From: Phoronis australis
Lineage: Eukaryota > Animalia > Phoronida
NCBI GenBank assembly: GCA_002633005.1
Contig: NMRA01000121.1
Coordinates: forward strand, 129,877-193,876
Length of the DNA stretch: 64,000 nt
Direction of reading: 5' to 3'
The notes under the pieces were generated by a model that had not been told where the DNA came from, made no database searches, and saw only the letters and a program-made list of their open reading frames with translations. The translations under genes and the position numbers were made by a program. Numbering within the stretch: position 1 is the first letter of the stretch; the number at the start of each line of letters is the position of its first letter. This document shows, in pieces, positions 1 to 25,127 of the stretch.

Positions 1-129
1 AAATGCACATCCATAGCAAAACCAACAGTATCAATTTCCTGACCCAATGTCACTTGATATAAATGTCTGTGCTGAAATCTTAAAAAGGCTGTTATAGTTT
101 TTTAAATTATCATTTGGATGCAACTGTTG

Positions 130-700
130 AGTTTCTTTCATAAAAATCTTAAAAGTCCTATTTTTGATAGCCCCTCATGCAAAGTGCTACATTTTAAAAA
201 CAATTTCTAACAGTGTTTTGGAGAACTATGTAAAGTATGTTACCTGAAGTTTCGTATAAATCCGATGTGCGACCATTTCTGAGATGTGATATTTTTTTGA
301 CAGTAGGAAGCCTGTGTAATTTGGTTTTGAGTTTTTTTCCAATCTCCTAAATTGACCGTGTCTTTTTGGTAAAATTTAGCGAAACAACTTCATCCGTAAC
401 ATGATCAAATTTTATTTGATATAAATCTTCAAAACGCATTCATTTGTCATTCAGTTTTCTTAAGTATCAATTCATTTTTGTTTTATCAAATTTTGATTTT
501 TTCTTGAAAATCATAAAATTCCTATCTTTTGAAAGTCAGTTATGCAAATTTGGAACATTTTAAAAATAATTCCTAACAACACCTTATAGAACATTGCATA
601 AATTATAGTATCTGATGGTTTCACATGAATTCGTTCAATCGTTTCTGAGGTGTGGATGTTCCAAAGTTAGCCAAATTGAGACATTTTTCTAGAGTCCTTC
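130..700. repeat. Interspersed intronic repeat family with two diverged internal subunits, probably a non-autonomous DNA transposon remnant
   Basis: The motif gtcct..tttttgatagc...tgcaaa...acattttaaaaa.aatt recurs at ~155, ~520 and ~4640, and in reverse complement at ~8140-8310. Confidence 0.55.
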
Positions 701-742
701 CTATTCTTGAATTCACATGATTAAAAATCTCTTTAGGTATAA

Positions 743-15172
<14,430 letters not shown>

Positions 15173-15594
15173 TGTCATAACGGAAAGAACAACATGGGTT
15201 AACAAGTTTATTTATGTCAAACTAGGTGATAAAATCTCGTCCTCGAATGGACACTAAAATCTGATAGTTGATGAGTGCTGAAAAATTTGGCCGTGACCAT
15301 TCCAAATCTCTTGAATCGCATTACATGCAAAAGAACGAATCAAAACCAATGCATTTTTCACCAGTATTAATTTTTTTCACATCTGGTTCTTCCGTTATCT
15401 TTTGATATCAAATAAGGCACGAAGAAAAGTAATCTTCTTGCCTTAAGGTGTTGCAATACTACTTGTTGTGTACAACTGAATGTGTCCTCTGTAAGGACTA
15501 AACTCAATTTTGATGAAAGTTCAGCTTAAGCATGCAACAGGGCCATCCCAAGTTGCATGGCGACAGAATTTTCCTTTGTCCTGGAGATAAGAAA

Positions 15595-15900
15595 GCGCGT
15601 GACCTCATTTTGGAAATCAGGTACATTGTCGTATATCTCGTTTTTGTCATAAAGGCGAAGAATTTTACATCACGAATCCATGGGTATTTGTCCAGCAAGG
15701 CAGTAATACTTCATTGGCATTGGAAGGACGAATAGAGTGATGCAATTGAGAAAAACTTGTAAAGAATCAGACAACAAATAACACGTGAAACTCCAATGTC
15801 ACGAAATCGAGGCAGCAAATGTGCCTGATGGATGTTTAGAGCATTGTGGGTAAATACAGCAGATTAGAGTGTCACTGCCGGGATGGCCCTATTGCTGGAT
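15595..15900. repeat. Fragment related to the internal part of the element at 23003-24884, in the probable NSMAF 3' UTR
   Basis: aggcagcaaatgtgcctga(t/c)ggatgttta.agcattgtgggtaaata is shared with ~23919-23965; tgacctc.tttt.gaaatcagg is shared with ~23729. Confidence 0.7.
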
Positions 15901-16279
15901 GCTTAGCACTGCCCATTATGTGGGATACCTTGGGTAATCCATCATGTTATCAACTGTTGTTTTGGATTTGCCATCGCTTTTTTTACATGTAACTCACTGT
16001 TTCTTATTCATTCCGTCTCTGCAGTTAAACCATCCCCGATACTCCAGAACATCTGATGGGTTTAAATTCTAATTTCCTTGTATAAACTGTCACATGTTCA
16101 GGTTTTAGACCAGAGCAGACAGTATTTCTGCTTTTGTGTGAAAAATCAAATGCACAACATGCATTTCTTTGTTTTATGAAAATAATACAAGCAGCTTCAC
16201 ACTTGTGTACTGTTTAGTATCTAAAGTTGGAACTTTTTGGATTAGACTAGAGTCATTTCATATACAGAGCTATTAAATG

Positions 16280-16375
16280 ATTCGTGACGTTCAGAGAAGC
16301 CATCAATTCTGCCCTGTATTCGGTAAAATTCGTGACGTTCAGAGAAGCCATCAATTCTGCCCTGTATTCGGTAAA
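16280..16375. repeat. 48-bp perfect tandem duplication
   Basis: attcgtgacgttcagagaagccatcaattctgccctgtattcggtaaa x2. Confidence 0.9.
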
Positions 16376-17811
16376 TCAGATGACCACATTCACATAGCAT
16401 ATTCTGTAGTTCGTAGTGTCGCTAGTCCTTAAAGACACCCACATATGAAGTGTTTCCAAGTATGTTGGGCATTCAAGTATCACACATTCAAAATGAGCTT
16501 AACTTTGAAATGTTTTATTTGGTAGTGCTCTGCTGTTATGAACCCAAACCGCAAGCATGTTGATTTTCTTTATTCAAGCATTGGAGGAATGAGGCTAGCA
16601 CAGTGGAATTGAGCTCTTCTCTGAAGGTGGTTCAGATAAACAGTCATAACGATAACTCATTTTCACCCTGGTCCAGAAAGCAATGGATTATCCAAGGCAT
16701 ACTGTATATAGTTACTTTTTAATGAGGGTTTTGTTTGCAAAATGTGAATGATGGTGACATATTCATGCTCAAAGTATCTGCAAATGTTCTTGCCATACAG
16801 AATGTTCTAATGTTTAGTTCGTAGTGGTACAAATGATAACCTGCAGTAATATTTTGTCCTGTGAAGTCTGTAATGCATGTCTGGGGTGCATTCCGTTGAC
16901 GCGAGAAACTCTTGTGAAAGCAAGATCATGCGAGGCCATGCAAAATCATGCAAGTGAAAGGCGAGTGTTTTGTGAGTACTCTCTGGAGCTTACTAGCGTA
17001 CCTAGCAGAATGGCAGCCACTGCAGTGACAAGTCGATGAGGTTGGAATGATGAATTATTAGATAGAATTCAGTTTCAATTCCATAAAGCAGATTTGTCAC
17101 TCCAAGCGCTTTACAGTGTTTGAGTCTACGGAGTACACCCCATATATGTTAAATTCATCATTAGCTCCGATTGTACAACAAACCATTAATGCCCCGTGCA
17201 GGGCTATCTTTGAAATCCATGATGGGTTCAAAGTATGAGGTTCAACAATTTGCATTGGTTCTTTAATGCTGTGAGTTAGGGTTGCTACTTTAACACAATG
17301 ACACCAGGGAACAAATAGAGCGAGTTCAATGATTACTTCAGTACAAAAATTCACAGTGGTTACAGTTAAAATTTAGATTGGATCACGGTATGGCAGACAG
17401 GTGTAATATCATTTTGTTAAATTTTTCAACAAAAATGGCTTCTAACAGCAAGTTTACGTTGCTTTTAGCATGGTTTGTACAGCATAGTTATAACCAGACT
17501 ACATCTGGTAAATTTTTGAGCATTTGCAAAGATATGATAAACCTTGGAAAATAGAAATATGGCAATTTTAGTAATTTTGCTTCTGTCCCAAATTGAAGAA
17601 TTTTTACTTCAAGTTGATTTGTTCAAGTTTGAATTTCCGACTTAGGCTTGACCTAATTAGTGTCACGTGGGACTTCTAAGCAGTGAAGTTGTACCAACAC
17701 ATTTCCATTGCGGTGCACATTGATACAAGCTATATTATTGCTAACAATCAGGTATTTTATAAATGCTGTTAAATGCTACAGTGGGTTACTTTTCACTACA
17801 AATGCAAAACA

Positions 17812-17817
17812 AATAAA
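17812..17817 (+). terminator. Candidate NSMAF polyadenylation signal AATAAA
   Basis: Canonical hexamer followed ~20 nt later by GU/U-rich gcgtggttttt. Confidence 0.45.
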
Positions 17818-17871
17818 GAGTTGTAAGAAAATAGGCGTGGTTTTTACACAACTGACACTAATAACATTCAA

Positions 17872-17877
17872 TTTAAT
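17872..17877 (-). terminator. Candidate ENY2 polyadenylation signal ATTAAA
   Basis: tttaat on the + strand; the minus-strand downstream sequence gtgtcagttgtgt is GU-rich. Confidence 0.4.
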
Positions 17878-18822
17878 AACAATTGTCACAATACAAAATC
17901 ACCACACTTGGAATAGTATTGAATTATGCTCATCAGATACAATGTGGCATAAAGTTGAAATTTGTAGTGAAAAACTCCATTGATATGAATGCATTGTGTT
18001 AAGGACTATCAGTCAAATGCACATGTATGTAAACTTACATAGACCAGTACGAGACTGAGAAGACTGTGGCTAGCTTTGAAAACAGGATTTCACCTCGATT
18101 ACATTTACTGAGAATTTAGAGATTGTCACAACAACCAAAACAAAAATAAACATCTTTCCAGTAGTCCCAGCACGTGATATGTCCAGTGCTTGGCGACTTA
18201 CAAGTAAAACTTGTCAATAAGTTCCCTGAAGTGAATGAATACTGGAAAATACTGTTGTTTCATCAGATTTCTTGTACACTAATTCTTGTTACACTAAATG
18301 AAAACTGTCTAAACTTATTCAAACTTCTTCGTACAATAAATAACATCTCAAAATGTTCACTTGAAAACATGGAAACCAGGCATTTCCCCCCCAGAAATGA
18401 GCAGTTGTTAAACACTGTCTTGCTAACCAGTAAAAATTGTGTCCGAGCACGTGTGTCTACCAGGTTACATTCACATACACATACGGTGCGTTCAGTTAAG
18501 AGTTTCAGTTGTGAACAGAAAAACAATATAGAATCAATCTTCAGCAAGTAAACGCAGCAGAAACTAGTAAAGTAAGTTTCGCTTGATCCTAAGAGGAAGA
18601 GTCCAATAGGAAGGTGCAAGATCATTACCACCGAATGTGTGACTTTAAACTGCTTCCCTGACACTGAAAAGCACCTGTCAACAAATTTTGGAAGTAAAAC
18701 ACCATATGCATTACATCACTGCTTGACCGATTCCAGTTCAGGGATGACGATAATGGTTTAACAATGACTACCCACACCTCAGCAGATCATGATATGTTGA
18801 TGTTTCCATGGGAACCAGTTCA

Positions 18823-18899
18823 TCACATGTTTGACTGCTGTGCCAGAAATTGTCGAATCTTCTGCAGCAGTTCCTTTTTCACGTTATCTGGGACTGAAG
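18823..18899 (-). CDS. ENY2: ENY2 last exon ([25 protein letters not shown])
   Basis: ctttcag acceptor on the minus strand; C-terminal part of ORF 18823-19029. Confidence 0.93.
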
Positions 18900-21800
18900 C
18901 TGAAAGATAAAGATCACAATTTAAACGTGTAACAGACGCACCAAGGTGTATGAAACTAAACAACAAGAAGCCAAGTGAAACATTCTCCCATAAATATAAT
19001 GGGTTCAGTAATCTAGAATTAAACGGCATGTTTTACAAAACAAGCTACAGTCAGAGTGCATTACAACTGGTTTACAATATTCATTTACTTAATGTGTTCC
19101 ATTCATAAGTGCAAAATCAAGTTGTATTAAGTAAACATATTAGGCATCTGTTATAAAATTTTAGAGAAGTCCTGGAAGGGGTTCATCTTAACACCATTCG
19201 CAAATGCTAGCAGACAGAACAAGCATAGTCAGCCCATTTTACAATAACATAAGAGCCAAGGAGTTGGACTTGCAACAGAGCAATATCTAGATAGTGACCA
19301 AGTCTGGTATGAGATGGTGAAAGCGCAAATGTTAGGAATGGAGGCACTCACTGCCCTGTTGCCACGGCACCTACAGAATGGCCAGTAGCAATTGCACAAA
19401 CCATCTCATCACTATGCCATTTGTAAAGATTTAAGGCAAAAACTCTACTACAATATTTCCTAGATATTTCCATAAGCATGAAAATGATGTAATCTGAGTG
19501 AGTTACCACACGCACCTCTACCCTTTGGTGTTATTTCTGCAACAAGGTCATCCACTGTAATATGTTCTAAACCCTTTTGTTTCACAATTTCTGAAAACAT
19601 AAAAAAATAAATCCACACCTATTCAATAATGAAACATCACTTGAATATGGTTACCAGTATAGTTTGGTAGCAGCTCTTCGTTTACACAAACTTCGTTGAA
19701 AACGAGACTAAACATTTTGTTTGAAAGCTTGATACTGATTCGTTTGAAAGGAGATTGTTCTGACACTACGAGCGAATCAGTATCAAACTTTCGAACAAAA
19801 AGTTTATTCGTGTTTTCAACGAAGTTTGAATATGCTTATGCATATATTTTATGAAAGAGAAAAGCAAAACTCACAAATGTTACACGCGAACAAGTGGAAT
19901 CCTCATTTAATGTTGGCAAAGTTCAATGAATTGATGTGGCTGCTCTAGTTTGTATATTTGGCCATTCAAAGGAGTTGCGATCTTTTACGACATTAATAAA
20001 ATCTTTCACCTCGGTTGGATCTGACATATGGTAGTTTTATTATAAACGTTTATGAAAGAAATGATACAATCTATTTGAACAGTCACTGATGACTTTTCTG
20101 AATATTTGCACAAAATGTTAAGACTAGCAGTTAACACTCACGACTGTAGGTTAAACGTGATCGAAGGACAAATCTTCTATGTGCCAATTTCAAGGGAAAT
20201 TTTAATCAATTTCATGTCCACATGTAATGAAGATTGCTTCACTGCAACTTGTGATTACCAAATTTGTCATCACTTAAATATTGAGATTATGAGACAACCC
20301 TGACTTCCTCAAAACCATGCTTTACCTTTACAGTGTGACTTAAGTTCATCCCTCCAACCACATTCTATCAGCCTCTGCCGTAGTAGATCTTTTAACCTGC
20401 ACACAATAATAATACATCAAATTTAGCTATTGTCAATCTGTATAAACATGACACATCTTCTATCAATATACATCTCAGAACTACAACTAATTCATCGTCA
20501 ATATGCGCAGTCACTTACTTCAATTATTGCCTGTTTGCTTTTATGGAACAGTTTACCACAGGAATGTCAAGTTTAAAAAATTGTGTTATATAATATCATT
20601 TCTTAAGGGCAATAGTACCACACCTCTTGCTACTACTAAATTACGTTTACATGAAAACAAAATTTTTGTAAACAAATTCCGAGCGGGGTTGTACCTCAAT
20701 TCACAGATTAAAAGTTCTATCATAAGTTAGCTAATTTTTCTAATAAATGTATGTATGGTGCCATTAATAGTGATGCTCATTTACTTGCTCTCATGCCTCG
20801 TCTATAATGATGAGTGTGAACAGCTCTTTCACAACCTCCAATCCAACGACTATAATGCTGAGCGTGAACAGCTCTTTCAGACCCTCCAATCCAACGATCA
20901 TATCTGGTTATGTTTTCAAAACCTTAGTAAGAGACATGAAAAACTAGTTGTCTTTTATATGGTAGTCACAATTTGAATCACGACTGTATTGCTCTATTAC
21001 TTAGAAATCTTAGTGATTATCTTTTTAAATTTCACATTAGGGAACTGCATTAATATCTATGCTGAGCTTTTTGTTATTCTGTTGTTAATACATTCTCCTT
21101 AAGTGCCGCATGATTTTTTTTCGTTTGTTGTTTTCTTAACTTTTGGTGTTTTTCCTCAACATTATGTTTCACTTACTATAAGTAAGTCATTGTTTTATAG
21201 TTAAAAGCCTAGTTATAATGGTTCGCTTTCTGGGCTAAAGAAAAACCCTTGGTCATAGTACTTCTTTTATTAACGTGTACACAAGAGACCATAGCAGAGC
21301 GAATTACATTTAATATTACGGAAAATACACTTCTAATTAACAGTTAAGTGATGAATTACAATGTGTGAAGAGCCTAGTTCAACAGTAGCAATTAGACACG
21401 CAAAGTACTAGTAGAATATTATTACTTTTTATCAGAGCGTTCAAATTAAAAAAAAAATAAAAGAAGAATGAAAATCGTAATTCCTTTTTTACCCAGAGCA
21501 GTAACCTTATCAGGGCTCAGCTGCCTCAAAAGTTGCACGCTGGACAACGACACTATCAAACAATCAAACAAAGCGTGAGAGACAACATCAATGGTCGTAA
21601 CAGCCGCTGTTCTTTATTCTCCCCCACATGCTTATGCTTTGCTCATATCTTTTGACTGCGCATGCTTCTTTATGTTACAAAATACATTAACTAAGAAATT
21701 GTAGACTATAAATACGAAGACAATTCAAACAGCGGGCTACTATACTACTAAATATTTAAAAGTAAAAAAACTTGGTCAGTCTGAGCCATACTTCATATAA

Positions 21801-24800
21801 GTACTTACCTCTCTCTTTCTCCCGTTTCGATTAACTTTTGGTTGACTGTAGCTCGCATCTGAGCATCTTTGGCTTTTTGGCTGCAAAATGGGAGAACATT
21901 GGCTATAAGTCACTCGCATACAAATTCCTTAATTAAAATACAGTCTCTTCAATGAGAGATAGTAAAAATTATATTCAGGAAAACAACACCACTGCAGTTG
22001 AGCGTTTCTCACCATTTATTTGATCAACCAGTCAATCATGAAATAGTCTCTCAGTAGAGGGGGGTTAATGATTATAGAGTGATATAAACACCAATCATGA
22101 TAGTACTTTAACCAACCTTTTTCAATTATTGACGATCTTATTCACCAAACAATTACTCATGTAACAATCACATTTTCTTACTATTCTGTGACACAAGTAA
22201 AGTTAAAGGAAAAAATGGGTGATCGTGAAGCCAATAATAACAAAAATTCTGACTACCTTCATGAACATTCAATTTCACGTATATGCGATCTTGAGATTAA
22301 GCAGGATTCCAAGTTCGCACACAACATCTAGAATGTACATACCAAACTAACTCATTTTATTTTTATGACACACTGCATAACAAGCTTACAACAGACTAAA
22401 ATTTGATCAATCAATATTTCAGCTGAAAAATTTAACAAAATAAAATTTCATCAGTATGTCATATTGTTTAATAAAGAGAAGAAAATTCCCCATAACGCAC
22501 TCAGTGACTACGACCTTTATCTAAAATATCAGCATATGAAAGGTTTACAAGATCGTACTACATTTTTTATCACTGACCAGCTCACAGACAGGTGTCACCC
22601 TTTTAACCCATCTACTTGATTTCCAGTTGATCCAAAGATATTTAAACAGTTCGCACCTTGGCCACAAGTGCTAAAGCGCATTGCTCGTGCCAGGGGATAT
22701 GACATCACCCAGGTGCGAGAAGTGTAAAAATGACCAGTTGCCAATTTGGGCAACTAAATGAAGGAATGTTCGAAAAAAAGTTTGGCTGTGGGAGTATTTG
22801 TTTGAGCTGGGAGGAGACAGCAAGGGTCGCCTTAGAAGCAAAGATGTTCCTCTATGTGTAAAAGGTACTTACAGCCACATGATTTCATGATTTAATCAGT
22901 GTGAGGCATAATCTGCCGAAAAGATTCCTGCGTAAGGAGGGCCTATGGAATGGCCATCGACTATACTGCAGCCAGCTGTGGTACTGTCTACTGACAAGTC
23001 AACCAGCTAGCTGTATGAAGACTATCGTCAAACTACAGCTAGGTACCACCATGTGTTGAGTTTTGTTAGACCTGGAAATTTCATTCAGCCTGAGTAGTTC
23101 TGCTCATCACCTCGACAAGCAACTTACATCAATATGTAGAGCTAACAACCAGCGGAGGTGCATTCAAAATCTGGGAGTCAACCGACACTCACCTTGCCTG
23201 TTGCAACCGTTTAAGTAAAAACAATCTAATAAACGTCATTTTATTGCATAACTCTACGCCTTCTGTAACAAAGAAAAATCTATCATCATTTTGAAAATAG
23301 TGTGCTCATGACATGTGCACGGTCCATTTCCTATTTTTTGCAACATCCCTCGGGAAACAATGGCAGCTTCGCAGCACCAAATTTTGTTCTGAAATTCTGT
23401 TCACTGGTACTAAAATACTAAAAACTAACGAAATTAAACCAGTTCGAATAATTTGTTGTGACATGGAAGAGGAACCATTGACTGAAGAATTGTCGAAAAA
23501 AGAAAATTGCCAATAGCTGACGCTACATTTCATGACGCCGAAAGCTGATAAATTATCTACTGAGCTAGCATGGTGCAAAGCTGCATACTAAATATACACC
23601 TTTGTGACGATGTGGGCAAAAAACTGACCAAGTAAAATGTGACACAAAATTAGTGTTACTAAAAACTACTTTTCCTGAAGTAAACAAAACAGAGCTGACC
23701 TGGATTGCACAGCAGCTGAACTCTCGCTTGACCTCGTTTTTTGAAATCAGGCATATTTTCATGTCTCTCATTGAAATCAGAAGGCGATGAATTTGATATC
23801 ACGCATGCACTGTTATTTGTCACATTGGAGTTGCAGCCCACAGTGCAGCAGTAATGCTTCCTTAGTATTGGAAAAACTTGTAAGAAATAACATGTGAAAC
23901 TCCAGTGGTATGAAAACAAGGCAGCAAATGTGCCTGACGGATGTTTACAGCATTGTGGGTAAATAAAGTGAGATTCAGGTGTCGCTGTGTAAAACGGGAC
24001 GGTCCTATTAGTTACCGATGTTAAAAACTTGGCATTCTACCGTTATTTTGCTGCTCACGTAGTGGAGCGATCTTATGCATCAGCTTTTGGTGCCATTGTG
24101 TATGGCGTCACTTATTGAACAGTTTTTTTTTCACCAATTCTTCAGTCTACAGTTCATCTTCCGCAAGATTGTACACGTGTCACAGCGTCGTTCTTTGGGT
24201 GCGAATCGTGAGTGGCGCATTCATTTAAACTTTTCCGAGTACGGATTGTGTATTAGTAATGGGGTAAGTACTTCTTGGATCCTTATAACATCCTCTCGTT
24301 CTACCGTTATTCTGTTGCTAAGGTTGTGGAGCGATCTTTAGCCACGGCTTTCGTCGCCATGAAATATTGCGTCACCTATTGGCCATTTTTCGCCAATTTT
24401 TTAATCAACTGTTCTTCTTTCACGAGATTGCGTACACGTCACAACAAATTATCGGAATTGGTTTCACTTCGTTGTAAATTTTAATAATTGTGATACCGAA
24501 AAACCGAATTTCAGAAGAAATTTTGCTGCTGCCACGCTATCATCATCTCCCGAGAAATGTCGCAAAAATTTAGGGAAATGGCGCGTGCGCGTGACACGAG
24601 CGCATTGTTTTCAAAACGACGATATACTTTTCATTCTTAGAAAAGGCGGAGAGTTATGCAAGAAAATCACTTTAACGGCTGTAATGGGCAAGGTGTCGGT
24701 CATGACTCCCAGATTTTGCATGCACACCGTCTGGTCTTTAGCTCTGAGTACATGTTGATACAAGTTTCACGGCGAGTTGACAAGCAGAACTACCCTGGCT

Positions 24801-25127
24801 GTGTGCAATTTCGGGGTCTACGGAAGAAATACACACAGTGGGACCTAGCTGTATTTTGACGACAGTCTTCATACAGCTAGCTGGCTGGCTACTAGCTGGC
24901 TGGCTGGCTACAAGTACAAGTACAACTACAAGTCACAGACAGAACTCAGAACTACTGACTGCAGTTTGAAGTTTGCAACTTCGGTTTTACATAACTGATA
25001 TTTAACGTCGCTTGGGTAGCTCATGTCTGGGACTAGGTAAAACACAGTGTTATTTCTAGCACCATAATTTTTAGTTACAAGACATTCAGAAAAGTAAATG
25101 CGAAACCCAACCAACTTACTCAGCCAT
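18823..25127 (-). CDS. ENY2: Transcription and mRNA export factor ENY2 (Sus1; SAGA DUB module / TREX-2 subunit), 5 coding exons, 100 aa
   Basis: Exons 25120-25127, 21809-21880, 20326-20396, 19516-19590 and 18823-18899 total 303 nt and are joined by GT-AG introns. They give [100 protein letters not shown], which closely matches human ENY2 as I recall it. Confidence 0.95.
19516..19590 (-). CDS. ENY2: ENY2 exon 4 ([25 protein letters not shown])
   Basis: ttcag acceptor, G|gtgcgt donor. Confidence 0.93.
19687..19828. mobile_element. MITE-like hairpin in an ENY2 intron
   Basis: caaacttcgttgaaaac...ttgatactgattcgtttg [~22 nt] cgagcgaatcagtatcaa...gttttcaacgaagtttg: ~60-bp arms. Confidence 0.8.
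20326..20396 (-). CDS. ENY2: ENY2 exon 3 ([23 protein letters not shown])
   Basis: tgcag acceptor, G|gtaaag donor, ECGW motif. Confidence 0.93.
20802..20898. repeat. 48-bp tandem duplication
   Basis: ctataatg.tgag.gtgaacagctctttca.a.cctccaatccaacga x2. Confidence 0.85.
21809..21880 (-). CDS. ENY2: ENY2 exon 2 ([24 protein letters not shown])
   Basis: tttgcag acceptor, AG|gtaagt donor. Confidence 0.92.
23003..24884. mobile_element. ~1.9-kb non-autonomous DNA transposon with ~570-bp diverged terminal inverted repeats, in ENY2 intron 1
   Basis: Termini ccagctagctgtatgaagac ... gtcttcatacagctagctgg. The inverted similarity of 23003-23570 to 24316-24884 can be followed throughout (e.g. caaaatctgggagtca / tgactcccagattttg). 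No coding capacity. Confidence 0.8.
25120..25127 (-). CDS. ENY2: ENY2 probable first coding exon (ATG GCT GA)
   Basis: Minus strand reads ATGGCTGA|gtaagt: a consensus donor in the phase 2 that exon 2 requires. Only 8 coding nt, so less certain. Confidence 0.7.

Noticed and set aside
22890-22931. ~40-bp inverted similarity to 30836-30877
   Set aside because: Too short to define; probably fragments of a common interspersed repeat
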